DNA of 64,000 nt from Mobula hypostoma (taxonomy: Eukaryota). The notes below the pieces were generated by a model that worked only from the letters and a program-made list of their open reading frames with translations, ran no database searches and was not told where the DNA came from. Positions 14,711-29,265 of this stretch are shown one piece after another. Made by a program: the position numbers and the translations under genes. How positions within the stretch are numbered: the first letter of the stretch is position 1; every line of letters starts with the position of its first letter. The stretch covers positions 11,780,001 to 11,844,000 of the forward strand of contig NC_086111.1 of assembly GCF_963921235.1 (NCBI RefSeq). The letters are read 5' to 3'.

Positions 14711-15812
14711 CAGTGGATTCCAGTTAATGAGGCATTGATTAATCGGAGCAGCCATTTATTTGGGTCACCTCTTAAAGAACAAAACTTAATTGAGAAAGAA
14801 GTCAGGGTTCCCTTTGTTTATTTGGGACACTGTGGAGCTTAATTGGGACAGCAGACAGTTACTGAACGAATTTGAAATAATGTCAGACACGTGCACTTCT
14901 GTGGCCATTGAACACTACACCAGCTTTAGAACAAACAGGTTTTGAATAGCATCACTTGCATGGTTTTGTGCTTAAAGAGCAAAAATTTTTGTGGCTGATA
15001 ATTGGCAAGAAATAAACAGGAAGACTATTCAGAATTGTTTTGCTCACTGTGGTTTGAAGAATTCCAGCTTGGAGATGCCAGAAACAGCTGGCACTGAACA
15101 TAAAATGATTTTTCTACTTCAATGGAACCATGGTACTGTAGCGATTAGCTCGACGCTATTACAGCTCAGGGCAGAGTTCAATTCCTGCGTTGTCTGTAAG
15201 GTGCCTTTGTATGTCCTTCCCGTGAAATATGTAAATTTTCACCAGGTGTTCTGGTTTCCACCCACAGTGCAAAAACGTACTGGTTAGGTTAAATGTTCAT
15301 TATAAATTGTCACATGATTAGGTTACATTTAAATCGGGGTTGTCAGGGGTTGCTGATTCAGCATGGCTCAAAGGACCAGAAATACCTATTCCGCTCTATA
15401 TCTCTAAATAAAATTAGAAATTATGAAGAATTTGAAGGTATTGACAATCACCTTGAAGATTACAATGAAAATGAAGATTTGGAGGTTGCAATAGTCAAAA
15501 CCATTGTACCAAGGCAGTCCATTAGCTGTACTAAGTCTCTGCATTGATTTGTTCATTTACAATCTATCAAAAGAACACAGCAGCATCCAATGGATGAACT
15601 CTCCATTGATAACCATTAGGAATTAATAGTTTTTATAGTACTGTAGCAGTACAGTGCTCTAATTTGTTCCATATTTCAGTTAAATACATAATTTGTTACT
15701 CAGTTAAACAGAAGTTTGTCTTCACTATGCCTTTCTAATTATTTCTATTTAATTTCAGACGCTTATTTGTGCGAAAATGTCCAAGTGTGTCCCAATTAAC
15801 TGGCATCCACTG
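14711..15812 (+). mobile_element. Tigger/pogo-type DNA transposon remnant with nested tRNA-SINE (~15125-15410)
   Basis: TIRs cagtggat(t/g)ccagttaat. Internal WQEINRKTIQNCFAHCG matches a Tigger DDE C-terminal motif. Confidence 0.75.
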
Positions 15813-16096
15813 CATTGCTATTTATTTCTCAGCATTTCTTCACACTCTTTACAATTCTCAGTTGCAAGATCTCACCTATATTCCGGTTTTGTAGATCCTA
15901 GATTACAGATAATGCATCTCAAAAGACAAAAGTTAAACTTTCACATTCAAAAACTTGCATAAGTTTTGTTGTATCAAAATAACAAACTATCTCGATAAAT
16001 TAGAAACAATTAACAAACAATAATTCCATCTTCCAAATCTAATGGAAATTCCATCAGAAAAATGGCTGGTTCCAAGATTCAAAATTACTCATTTAC

Positions 16097-16285
16097 CTTG
16101 AGCTTGACATGAAGGCCTCCTTTCGATCCCATCATAATAGCTGAACCATTTGTAGTTATCATGGCCATAGACTGGAGGCAGATTTGGTGCTCAACATAGA
16201 ACTTCTTTATAGATTTGTACAAGGATACAGCATCAGATTTACCATCCAGATAAAGCAGCTTTATAAATTTCACTTGCAGCTCAGT
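16097..16285 (-). CDS. hAT-derived gene exon E (second catalytic motif region)
   Basis: tttttcatgtAG|ACT, phase 0. TELQVKFIKLLYLDGKSDAVSLYKSIKKFYVEHQICLQSMAMITTNGSAIMMGSKGGLHVKLK resembles the hAT TDGAxxMxG motif. Donor AAG|GTAAAT, 189 nt. Confidence 0.85.
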
Positions 16286-18836
16286 CTACATGAAAAACAA
16301 AACTAACATTTACCTATAATTGAATGTGCACTTTTATTTTACAAAAGACACTGCAAAAACTGCACTTCGAGCTAAAATTTACAGAGATGGTAAATTGCAT
16401 TTATGGAATCAGCTGACAAAGAAATCAGACGGGGCAAAGTGGATCTTAGCTTATCTCACTCACATGTCCCATCTCCAATAGTGCAGCACTCCCTCGCCAC
16501 TGCAATGGAGTGTTCCAAATATCTGTGTTCAAGTTTCTAAAACAGAACTTGTATTGATAACCTTCCAACAAGACACGACAATTATAAATATGATGGTTAG
16601 AATTATTCAACCATTGTTGGGCAGGGAAAGGTTTAGAATCCCAACTTGAGAAAATGCAAAAAATGCTTCCAGGCAGGAAATGTGGATATATTGAAGATAT
16701 AACTAGATTACAGGTCCAGAAGAGACGATGGGTCAAGTTCACATATTTACAGAATCAAATGACAAAATGAATTCCAAAGCAGAAACTTAAGCTTCGCTCA
16801 AAAACTTATTGTATATTTTTTTCTGAATGTGTGACAGTAATATACTGTAGAAAATAGCAGCTTGGTTAAACAATTTAGTACACAAATTCTAGGTGGCTTC
16901 AGTAAATATAAATATAGATAGAAATAATGTTAAACCAAAGAGATCAAGTGAGAAATAGATTAAGGAACATGTACACATTATTAGAAACATCAAATAATTG
17001 TAAACACTCCTACACACGCAAAACATTCAAAATACTTTTCACTTAGCTGAAACTTAGACATGCATTAGAATTAGAAACTAAAGAGCATTCTACAGCCAAA
17101 GTTGAAGGAAAATTACAATTATTTTGTTTTTGGAAATATGCATGCTCAAATTTAGAGAAAGAAATCAACCATCCAGCTTTATGGGAAGGCTTGATTAAGA
17201 AAGACAGCAAGTATCTCCAAAAATATCTATATAAATTAGTATTTCCATACCAAGATAACAAAAGTAACACAAGGACCATATTGAAGATCTTCACTGAGAG
17301 ATAAACTGTTGGCTGCTATGCTTTTCATAACTAAAATCATAGTTCAATGATCTTTGAAAGCACAATTATACTCAAGTGTGACTGGCTGCATAACATGCTT
17401 TTTCGATAACAAAGAGCAATCGGAGGGAATAAAGGCTGCAGCAGGGATTTAGCTATAACTTGGCAAAACTTTACTTATAAAGGAGTGCAAGGTCATATCT
17501 TATTGTGAGAAATCTTTCAGAAGCAATAATCAGAGAAGAAAGCCACTGCAGAGTTGTTGAAGGCAAATTATACTGAACAAACTGTAAGAATTTTGGTTAA
17601 GGGGATAGAAAAGGTTGAAGAGATTACTATATTGATTAATCACATGCATTTTAAAAATGGGTTGGATGAAATCCCCACAGAAGGCTGGTAAGGAAAGCTG
17701 AGGCCCTTGAAATACAATTAGAAGCACAGTACTATGTACAGAAGAACAATGAATAATTTTTTCAGAATAGAGGTGGTAGCAAATATGATCCAAGTTGTCC
17801 ATGTTTGAGCATTGATTTTTTCATGTATTCATGACTTGGACATGGGTGTATAGAGTAGAACTTCAATTTGCAGATGGCACCAAAGTTATAGCAAAGGGTA
17901 GGATATTATGTTTAGACATAAATAAGCCTGCAAAATAAGATAACTGACAGATGATATTTACTACATCTGATTCTCCGAGGCCTCTGTTGGTCAGAGACGA
18001 CCATGAATATTGCATCCTAGCTACCTAGATACACAAGTCTGGACTGTATGATATGGAGAGCAAGCTGTTGGCCATGCAGCAAGCTCTCCCTCTCCATACA
18101 TCTGATGAACCCAAAGGTACAGCAGAAATAGATACAGTTTTAATACAAGAATGCATGAAATAATAAATTTCCAATTTTATCCAACATAGGTCTTCTTGTT
18201 GAGAAGTATGCAAATTAAGTTAAAAAAAAAGGCAACTACTTCATGTCACAGCACTAAAAAGTATGAGCAAACAGGGGGGGGGGACTTGCATATGTTTATA
18301 AATAATTGAAAGTGCCATTACACATTTGAAAACTCGAGCTTCATAAATGGAAGCATCAAGTACAATAATAATCCTGATGAAGGGCCTCATTCCCTTGCAC
18401 GCAAAATTTCAAGGTGACAAAGGATAAACGTAATCCAAAAATCCAAATCAGTCATACGAAAACTCACTAAAAGGCTCCAAATTACAGTTTTGGAAGAAAA
18501 AAAGCCATGCTCACCTCTATGCTGTATGTTGCTTCAATTGCCATTTGCCCAGTTATGACCAGTGACACTTAAAATAGCTTTAAATTTGATACAGTTTTAA
18601 AAAATAAAATTACATTTTTCTTCAAACACGATTGTAATTGAATGAGAGAAAAACAAACTATAATCTCGAAGAACAACCCTGTTCGGAAGGTTGGGGGGTG
18701 GGGGGCACATTACATATCACAACCACAGCTGGCATAAAGTAGCATCAATTCAGTACATCCAAATGCTTTCAGACCCAACACTGCATCCAATGGCAGACAA
18801 GGTCAGTGCAAGACCGCAGTAGTACTCGCTGTAAAG

Positions 18837-20008
18837 CAGCGGTCCCCAACCACCGGGCTGCAAGGAAACGATATGATTTGGCGATAGGAGTCAGCTGCAC
18901 CTTTCCTCATTCCGTCACGCCCACTATTGAGCCATTACGCACGCGAGGTCATTAACCACTTGTCATCCGTGTCAGCGCGGGAAGGAGATCAACTCCTCGA
19001 GCTTGCAAATGACGGCTGGCTGAAAAGTATGTTTGATATAACATCTCTGCCAGCATTCCGGATCAAAGTCAAGGCTAAATATCCTGAGATAGCCACGAAA
19101 GCACTGAAAACGTTGCTTCCATTTCCAACATATCTCTGCAATGAATGCAACGAAAACTAAATCGCGGAATAGACTGGACATAAGGAACCCCCTTCGAGTA
19201 TCGCTGTCTCCCACCTGCCCTCGATAAGACCGTCTTGTTGCAGGAAAACAAGCCCAGGGCTCCCACTGATTCAGTGATATTGGTGCGTTGCAATGATTTT
19301 ATATTTTCATATGAGGAAAATATGCGCTGTGTGTTTGATATCCAAACGTTACTTAAAATGTTATGATGCTATTATAAGTGACTTACATAACCATGTAACA
19401 ATTACGGCATGGAAACAGGCGATCTTGCCCCTTCTAGTCCGTGCCGAACGCTACTCTCACCTAGTCCCACCGACCTGCACTCAGCCCATAACCCTCCATT
19501 CCTTTCCTGTCCATATACCCATCCAACTTTTCTTTAAATGATAACGTCGAACCTGCCTCTACCACCTCTACCGAAAGTTCGCTCAACACTTCAAGCTCCC
19601 CTGTCCTCCCCAATATTTGTCTTATCGCTATATTCATGCGAGGAAAATATGCGCTGTATGTTTAATATTAAATTCGTTAGATAAACCCTTTTAGAAACGA
19701 ACTGAAGTGTATCAGCCACTTATCACCTATATTCCGGTCGTGATTAACACACACCCCCGCCGCCAACAGAATCGGCAAAAACAATTTTTAAGAAATCGGC
19801 ATGTAAACGCATGCGCAAGTTACGCATGCGCTGGTGCCCGCGCAAGGCTTCATGGTCATTGAAGTCTTTCTTAGGGTAAACCCAACGTATTTGACTGCTA
19901 CTCTTGTACGTTGGCAACCATACCGCACCCACCCCCGGGTCGGCCAGTCTGCAAGAATATTGTCAATATGAAACCGGTCCGCAGTACGAAAAAGGTTGGG
20001 GACCCCTG
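18837..20008 (+). mobile_element. Non-autonomous hAT (Charlie/Buster-type) element
   Basis: TIRs cagcggtccccaacc / ggttggggacccctg. Perfect 8-bp TSD ctgtaaag (18829-18836, 20009-20016). Dimerisation-domain remnant YPEIATKALKTLLPFPTYLC. Confidence 0.92.
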
Positions 20009-21010
20009 CTGTAAAGAGTTATGGGGCAGCATGACCCTTGCATTTCCCCCGTCATGGGTTTGGGAGAAGCTTCAAGCGAAGTACTTAACATTTTTGCAAA
20101 GCCTGTAAATAGTTACAAAAGGTAACTTCTCCCAAAAACACTGTAAATTCTGGATTGATAAAGGAACGTGGACACCAGAGAAAATCTTGCAAATCCAGAA
20201 AATAATCTAGAAGTGGCTTTTCCATAGGTCTAAAGCAAAAACACAAAGATTGGCCAACAGATATCATACAAGGAATACCATGTGGCTTGCTTAAACATGC
20301 TGTAATTTCTATATAGTCGCAGCACAAATCCATATACATCAATAGTGGCTTACGCTTGATAGAGAGCCATATTCATGCCTTGCTCTTTATAAAAATGGTG
20401 TTTTGTCTGCCTGAAAGTTACAGACAAGCTGAACAATTTGCAATGACAAAGCGTTTGGATTATATTTATTTACTGTACAACTCTCATAACAATGTATAAT
20501 GACAAACTTTTTGCAATCTTCACAACATTTGCACAATAGATGACAACCCTCTGGCAGAGTTCAAACTCTGCACCACAAATACTAATCAATTTTTACAATA
20601 CCAAATACATAATCCCACTGGAACCTCATCACAGATAATGCATCAAATAACCTCTTCCTCGATGTCAACAATACAAAAAAGATGTTATCAATTTCAAGAG
20701 AACTCTAATCATTCACACCCCTCTTTACATCAGTGGCACAGCAGTGGAAACAGGAGTTTCAAACTCCGAGGAGTGCACATCTCACAAAACCTTTCATGGT
20801 CCCAGAATACATTCTGCACAAATCAGGAAAGCTCACCAATGTCCCTACTTTCTGTAGAGGTTGAAGAGGGCTGGACTATGCACATCTATATTCACCTCAT
20901 TCTACAGATACACCTTCAGAGCATCCTAACAAGCTACACAGTACAGAACCTGCAGTCCAGCAGACAGGAAGGCTCAATAACAGAGTCAAAACTGGCCAAC
21001 CTTATCATCA

Positions 21011-23450
21011 AAGTTGCTGGTGAACGCAGCAGGCCAGGCAGCATCTCTAGGAAGAGATACAGTCAACGTTTCAGGCCGAGACCCTTCGTCAGGCTTAACT
21101 GAAGAAAGAGCTAGTAAGAAATTTGAAAGTGGGAGGGGGAGGGGGAGATCCGAAATGATAGGAGAAGACAGGAGGGGGAGGGATGGAGCCAAGAGCTGGA
21201 CAGGTGATTGACAAAAGGGATACGAGAGGATCATGGGACAGGAGGCCCAGGGAGAAGGAAAAGGGGGAGGTGGGGGGGGGGAAGCCCAGAGGATGGGCAA
21301 GGGGTATAGTCAGAAGGGCAGAGGGAGAAAAAGGAGAGGGAGAGAAAGAATGTGTGTATATAAATAACGGATGGGGTACGAGGGGGAGGTGGGGCATTAG
21401 CGGAAGTTAGAGAAGTCGACGTTCATGCCATCAGGTTGGCGGCGACCCAGACGGAATACAAGGTGTTGTTCCTCCAACCTGAGTGTGGCTTCATCTTTAC
21501 AGTAGAGGAGGCCGTGGATAGACATGTCAGAATGCGAATGGGATGTGGAATTAAAATGTGTGGCCACTGGGAGATCCTGCTTTCTCTAGCGGACAGAGTG
21601 TAGGTGTTCAGCAAAACTATCTCCCAGTCTGCGCCGGGTCTCGCCAATATATAGAAGGCCACATCGGGAGTACCGGACGCAGTATATCACCCCAGCCGAC
21701 TCACAGGTGAAGTGTCGCCTCACCTGGAAGGACTGTCTGGGGCCCTGAATGGTGGTAAGGGAGCGATCCTTGCGGAAAGCGGGGGGGGGAGGGGGGAGGG
21801 AAAGATGTGCTTAGTGGTGGGATCCCATTGGAGGTGGCGGAAGTTATGGAGAATAATATGTTGGACTCGGAGGCTGGTGGGGTGGTAGGTGAGGACCAGG
21901 GGAACCCTATTCCTAGTGGAGTGGCGGGAGGATGGAGTGAGAGCAGATGTGCGTGAAATGGGGGAGATGCGTTTGAGAGCAGAGTTGATGGTGGAGGAAG
22001 GGAAGCCCCATTCTTTAAAAAAGGAGGACATCTCCCTCGTCCAGGAATGAAAAGCCTCATCCTGAGAGCAGATGCGGTGGAGACGGAGGAATTGCGGGAA
22101 GGGGATGACATTTTTGCAAGAGACAGGGTGGGAAGAGGAATAGTCCAGGTAGCTGTGAGAGTCAGTAGGCTTATAGTAGATATCAGTAGATAAGCTGTCT
22201 CCAGAGATAATGACAGAAAGATCTAGAAAGGGGAGGGAGGTGTCGGAAATGGACCAGGTAAACTTGAGGGCAGGGTGAAAGTTGGAGGCAAAGTTAATGA
22301 AGTCAACGAGCTCAGCATGCGTGCAGGAAGCAGCGCCAATGCAGTCGTTGATGTAGCGAAGGAAAGGTGGGGGACAGATACCAGAATAGGTTCGGGACAT
22401 AGATTGTTCCACAAAGTGGGAGGAGCCAAAGGAGAAATTAAGAGTAAGGACTAATTCCGCTAGACAGTGCAGAATTCCGCCCCAACGGGATCCCACCACT
22501 AAGCACATCTTTCCCTCCCCGCTCCACTGCTTTCCACAAGGATCGCTCCCTACACAACTCCCTTGTCCATTCGTCCCCCCCATCCCTCCCCACTGATCTC
22601 CCTCCTGGCACTTATCCTTGTAAGCGGAACAAGTGCTACACATGTCCTTACACTTCCTCCCTTACCACCATTCAGGGCCCCAGACAGTCCTTCCAGGTGA
22701 GGCGACACTTCACCTGTGAGTCGGCTGGGGTGATATACTGCATCCGGTGCTCCCGATGTGGCCTTCTATATATTGGCGAGACCCGATGCAGACTGGGAGA
22801 TCATTGTGCTGAACACCTACGCTCTGTCCGCCAGAGAAAGCAGGATCTCCCAGCGGCCACACATTTTAATTCCACATCTCATTCCCATTCTGACATGTCT
22901 ATCCGCGGCCTCCTCTACTGTAAAGATGAAGCCATACTTAGTTTGGAGGAACAACACCTCATATTCCATCTGGGTAGCCTCCAACCTAATGGCATGAACA
23001 ATGACTTCTCTAACTTCTGCTAATGCCCCACCTCCCCCTTGTACCCCATCCGTTATTTATATACACACGTTCTTTCCCTCTCTCTCCTTTTTCTCCCTCT
23101 GTCCCTCACTATACCCCTTGCCCATCCTCTGGGCTTTCCCCACCCCCCCCCTTTTCCTTCTCCCTGGGCCTCTTGTCCCATGATCCTCTCATATCCCTTT
23201 TGCCAATCACCTGTCCAGCTCTTGGCTCCATCCCTCCCCCTCCTGTCTTCTCCTATCATTTTGGATCTCCCTCTCCCCCTCCCACTATTAAATCTCTTAC
23301 TAGCTCTTTCTTCAGTTAGTCCTGACAAAGGGTCTCGGCTGAAACATTGACTGTACCTCTTCCTAGAGATGCTGCCTGGCCTGCTGCGTTCACCAGCAAC
23401 TTTGATGTGTGTTGCTTGAATTTCCAGCATCTGCAGAATTCCTCGTGTTT
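21011..23450. mobile_element. Penelope-like element with inverted two-arm structure, inserted in a Rex1-type LINE fragment
   Basis: Minus arm 21011-~22475 has RT motif RYINDC and LPFLDL plus GIY-YIG. Plus arm ~22476-23450 has the GIY-YIG ORF 22697-23023 (VIYCIRCSRCGLLYIGET). 16-bp TSD gccaac(c/a)ttatcatca at 20995-21010 and 23451-23466. Confidence 0.92.
21061..21096 (-). ncRNA. Minimal hammerhead ribozyme motif (GUU site)
   Basis: CTGACGA AGG GTCTCGG CCT GAAA CGTT GACT. Stem I is imperfect. Confidence 0.65.
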
Positions 23451-23819
23451 GCCAACATTATCATCACAGGCCTGACCGCCATCAAGGACAAATATACTGA
23501 AAAGTACCCAGAAAAGGGATAGTAACATCACAAACAATTGAACCCACCATGCTCATGGACTGTTTGCCCCATTCCCATCAGAAAGGAGGCTATGTAGCAT
23601 CCTTGCCAGGACCACAAGACACAACAACAGTTACTTTCCCCAGGTAATAATGCTGATTAACACCTCCACGCACTAACAGACCCCTCTACAACTACTTAAT
23701 CATTTCCTGTCAGTCACCTCATGTACAGACACTCCTGTGCCTGGCGTAACTTTATGGACACACAAATGTATCTTATTTATTGTGTTTTTTATTGTTGTGT
23801 GCTTTCTCTTATTGTAAAG

Positions 23820-23932
23820 ATAATAGATTCTGCAGATGCTGGAGATCCAGAGTAACAAACAAATAGTTGGAGGAACTCAGCAGGTCAGGCAACATCAGTC
23901 GACGTTTTGAGCTGAGACCCTTCATCAGGACT
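23820..23932 (-). mobile_element. Degenerate Penelope-like 3' end, hammerhead core mutated
   Basis: AGTC CTGATGA AGG GTCTCAG CTC AAAA CGTC GACT (GAAA changed to AAAA). Confidence 0.65.
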
Positions 23933-26900
23933 TTAAAACACTGCACCAGATCCAGAGTAACAATTACTTTGTTTGCGCTTACACTTGAGTACTGGAACTG
24001 AAACTAAAAATTAAATGAAGTGTCATGTGCTAGCTGGTGCAAACAGCATTAGGTCTTGGCACAACAGGAAGTCCCTGTACCCAGATACCACCCCAGATAA
24101 GGGCAAATCTCATGAAAATTTGAGAATATGCAAGATGAAGATACTAATATCTGAAGTGGACGTCAAAATTATCAAAAACAGTCAGACAATCATGACAAGG
24201 ACCTGGTGAATGTGCGACCTGCAGAAAACTGCCACAATCACTTTCTGGATCAGTGTGGAAATGATCTATCAATAAGGATCCCTGCTCAGTCTCCAGTGAT
24301 GAAATTATAGTTTCTGTTGAACTTTCCTTTAAGCAATGCCAATCTGTTCATACAAGATCCCTACATATGAACTGGTTAGCTTATGCTGCATAAGTGAGAC
24401 AAACAAATGGCTTCAAAGTATAGTTGTTTTGTTGGCTATGTATCGGATACATAAAAAAAACAGGAACCTCAGCTTCCAAAAAAAAGTACATTTTTTTCCT
24501 TTTGAGTGTTAGTCTTTTTTTTTCTTTAAATTGGGCTATTTCAGGTTTCTTGCTTTGTGGCTACCTATGAGCAAGCAAATCTCAAAGTTGTATAATTTAT
24601 ACATTCTTTGATAATAAATTTACCTGAATTTTGATCATAAGCCACTGAATGTAATTCCAAACCACCCTAAATGATTAGTCAGTACATCAAAGTTTACAGG
24701 GAGAAGGCAGTAGAGTAGGGTCAAAAGGGATTAATAGATCAGCCATTATGGAATGGTGGGTGGAGAAGACTCAAAAGGCCGAATAGCCAAATTCTGCTCC
24801 CACGTCTAATGGTCTAAAACAAAAATAGGCTGGTGTAACAATCTGAACTTGTGAACAGGTGAAAATGTGATAAAATGATAGGGAGCACAGATTCTACAAA
24901 GATTCCATAATTGGATGATGCTTTTGTCTTTTTTGCTGCAATCCCAGCAACATATCAACCATCCCAAATCATACAGACACATAAGAAAAAAACTACTGCA
25001 CAATACAGGCTCTTCAGCCCACAATGCTGTGCCAAACATGTACTTATTTTAGAAATTACCTAGGGTTACCCATAGCCCTCTATTTTTCTAAACATATCTA
25101 AACAATTTCATGAACTTGGATTAGGAATCTCTACAGCAACATACATATTTCCAAATAGGTCCCTAAAAAGAATGGCCTAAGGCAAAAAATTCATTCTGCT
25201 GAGTAAGTATGACGACCCAAAATACTACAGGCCAATCTCTCAGTTGCTTATGAAGGAAAGCATAGAGAATCTCTCCTCTTTTTCAATCCACAGTGGAAGC
25301 AATGCACTAAGGGTAAGCTGATATTCAGATACAAATCCTCCCTGAGCTGCAGAATTCTGCTTCTCAGAAGTTTTCATAACCTAAAAAAAAAATTAGCTTT
25401 GTCACGTGCATCAAAACACGCAGTGACATATGTCATTCACATCAAATAAAAACCATGATTGCATTGAGCAGCCTGCAAGTGTCAATCATCCAGCATAGCA
25501 TAGCATGCCCACACGTCACTAACCTGACCCATACATCTTTGGGACATGAGGGGAAACCGGAGCACCTGGGGAGAAACTCGTGGTCAAGGGGAGAACGTAC
25601 AAACTCCTTACAGAGAGGAGCAAAAAAATTAAACCCTGATTATACAACTGGCAGTGTAAAACGTGAGCAGTTTACAAGCCAAAAATGTAACCAATGGCAA
25701 TTTGTCTAAATAAAAATACAGGCTAAGAAAGAACAAGTGCAGTTTAACCAGAGTGTAACGCAATCAGATTTCTCTGCAAGATGCAATATTGCCATAAACC
25801 AGGTTCACACATGGTAGAAGATGCATGAAGCCCCACAGCAGCCATCCTCCCTGGCTTCCAAATGCTCATTCATACGTACAAGTTTTCTATAAACCAAGCA
25901 TTTATAACTAGAGGATGTGTAATCACAAGCTGCTGTGATTAGATATTCAACTAGCCATATCAAGTCCACATTTCAGCATTTAGCTGATTTGGCATTTATT
26001 GATGATACCAAGCTACCCATTAAACCTATTGAACTAAAAGGGTTCTGTTGAAGAGACTTTGTCACAAAACATTAATTCCATTCTTCTTGCCACAGAAGTA
26101 CCGCAACTTTTTTTAAAAAAAGAGATACAGCAGAGAAGGCCCGTCCAGGTCTTTGAGCCATACCGCGCCACAAACCCCATTAACCCTAACAATCACGGGA
26201 AAATTTAAAATGACTAATTAACCTTCCACAGTCTTCAGACCACAGGAGTAAACTGGAGCACCCAGCGAAAACCCACACATTCCTCAGGGAGGTTGTACAG
26301 AGACTCCTTACAGAATGGCACCAAAATTGAACTCCGAACTCCAGAATACCCATAGCTATAATATGATGTGTTAAATGCTATGTCACCATTGCGCCCCAGT
26401 GTTTTATTTCAGATTTCAGTTTTTGATTTTTAGCTGCCAGTTTCTCTTACAAGAATACCTCCACTTCCAGTTCTCTTCTGTCAATGTGTTTTGAAAATCT
26501 ATTAAATGCCTTCGAGACCAAGTAACAATGCTACGTTCTGCCCTTTCTGTCATGACAATGACCTCAAGAAACAAACTCATTTAGATTATTTCAATTCCAA
26601 ACTGAGTCCTCCCATAAAATATCCAGCAATCTTTAACTGGTTTGCCTTGATTAACCATACAAGGTGTTCTGCTCAGTTTATTAGATTACAGTCATATTCA
26701 AAGATTATGTGTCCCTCAAGGTCAATGCAGTTGCAGGAATCAAAGAGAACATTAGAGATTCAAGAAAGTACCTGGAGTACCAGAAACTGGCAAACATGAA
26801 TTAATCTGATGTCAAAAGATTTGCTCTAATTTGTATTACCAGCTTTGTATTACCAAACATTATTACCTGTACTTCACTCTATATTGAAGACAAGACTTGA

Positions 26901-27835
26901 AAACCTGGCTCTCTTGGTTATAATAAAACAGATTCAAAGGAACCTAATATATGCTTTAAGAATAAACAGACTTAAACATTCATGACTAGACTGACTGAAG
27001 GTGGTGATAGAAATTCAAGTATACACTGCGAGTAACTTCACATGTTGTCAGACAGAAGATAAACACCCTTGGATCAAATAACCTGAGCAATCTGTCTTTA
27101 CCTTAAAATATTTAAGTATTTCACATAACATTATGACTGAAAGTTAGAAGACTAGCTTAGAACTGCAGCAGCACACAGATTGATCATGAAACTATTACAG
27201 TTAATGCCTTCTGATAGTCAAATCAGCCAAACTAATACAACGGATACATGAGGAAATGCACACTATCACTTGTTTGGACATAACAACCACCTATCCTAGG
27301 AAAGAATTTATATTCATTGCATAAATGCTTAAAGACAAAATAAGCATTATAAAATATTAAAGATCTAGCAATTATCTTCACTGCAGACTATGTTGTAATT
27401 AACATAGTAAATATTTACCCAGACTAGTTTAAAAAAAACAGATGCTTCAAATTGAGGCCATGTGGAGAAGTTTCCAACACTGTGATGGCTGTGTCTCAGA
27501 AATATCATCCCTAAATAACATATAATGTTAGGCTGCTCCAGCGATGCTGAAGCTTCCAACTTCATGAGGAAAGAAAAGTTCAATCAGGAAGAGCAATGGT
27601 CTGCCAGGAGAGTAGCAGAAGCAAAAAATTACAATTGTTGGAGACACATCTCGATGTGGAAGGAGTGAGGGTAATACATCAGGTGTAATCACGGGACTAG
27701 AACCAGCTTTAAGGGACTAAATGGAAAAATGTTCTGCCGTCATTTGCTATGTGTAATGCAAGTTTAAAATTAAGATATAAAATGTCTAAACAGAATCAAT
27801 AACTCAAGCTCAGCTAAATACTGATTTATACAGTA

Positions 27836-29265
27836 CAGGTTTCCCCCGCCATCCGAAGGTAGAGCATTCCTATGAAACGGTTCGTAAGCCGAAATGTCGT
27901 AAAGCGAAGAAGCAACTACCATTCATTTATCATGGAAAAATTTGAGCGTTCGCAGACCCAAAAATAACAAACCAAATCATACCAAATAACACATAAAACC
28001 TAAAATAACACTAACATATAGTAAAAGCAGGAATGATATGATAAATACAAAGCCTATATAAAGCAGAAATACTTCTCTACAATCATTGCCACACTGTTCT
28101 CGGTAGCGAAAATCTCACGCAAGCGCTGTCGGCAGAAACACTCTCCAGTAACCTTTAAGCTATGAAGCTGCCAAATCATACCAAATAACGCATAAAAATA
28201 CACAGCCTATATAAAGTAGAAATAATGTATGTACAGTGTAGTATCACTTACCGGAATTGGGAAGACAGCGCAGAGCACACTGATGATGGTGTGTTAGGCT
28301 GAGTCGTCAGAGGTTGGGGTGGTGCAGTGGCCCCCACCCTCCGGGCCGCCGACCAACACCGATCCGCGAAGCATGCAGGGGTGCAGCGGTGGCCGGGTTG
28401 CAGAGAATGCAGCGGTAGCCGGGACACACCCAGCACATCTTTAAGAAAAAAAGCCGAAATAAACAAGCTAATTAATTAGGTGCCGCCCGGCACGTAAATG
28501 TCGATCCAGATCAGAGGCGACGCGGCCCGGGGGTTGGGGTGGTGGGACACTGGGGTGTCATCTCGTCGTCTGTTTCCATCAGGGCAGGCAGGTCATCTTC
28601 TTCTATGTCTGCCTGCCTCAGTGTCGAAGGTCGAGGTTTGTCGTCTGCTGTGGCTGATGTGGAAGGCTTGCTTGACTGCTTAGCCTCGTGCATTTTTCTA
28701 TCATACAGTTCTTTGTAAGCACTCAAACCATCTTGCAAATTTGCCCTAAACCAACTTACCCTTTCAAAATTAAAGTCGTACTTTATCACTGCAGCCAAAA
28801 TCTCATTCAATTGCTTCACGTTCAGTTCCTGGACAACTTCATTTTCAGCCCACTCGCTACTGCATTCGGTTTCGATTGTTATCCTTTCCTCTTCCAATTG
28901 CATCAGCTCTTCATCTATCAGTTCTTGGTCATGGGATGCCAAAACCTCTTCAACATCATCTTCGTCAACTTCCACAAGCCAAACTCACTTTGTCCTTACT
29001 TCGTTCACCACGATCGAAACGCTTAATTATGTCCAGTTTTACGCTAAGTGTAACACCCTTACGAGCTCTTTTAGGCTTTTCCGATACCTTAGAACTCATC
29101 TTGCAAACTGGTGCTCACGTGTTTAAGCAATACCAGCGACAATGTAGTTCTGAATCTGGGGGAGAGCGGCTGCTTGGGGCGCGCGCCGCTTTTTCTTCGC
29201 GCACTGCCTTTTATCGTAACAGTGAGGTTTCATAAAGCAAACGTTCGAAAAACGGGGGACACCTG
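27836..29265 (-). mobile_element. Tigger/pogo-type non-autonomous DNA transposon
   Basis: TIRs caggt(t/g)tcccccg, flanked by TA on the left and CA on the right. ORF EVDEDDVEEVLASHDQELIDEELMQLE is typical of Tigger C-termini. Confidence 0.85.

Noticed and set aside
15876-15920. Exon-like segment with a TAG|GTGAGA donor just downstream of exon E
   Set aside because: Weak acceptors, and either an in-frame stop or only 22 nt with no transposase similarity.
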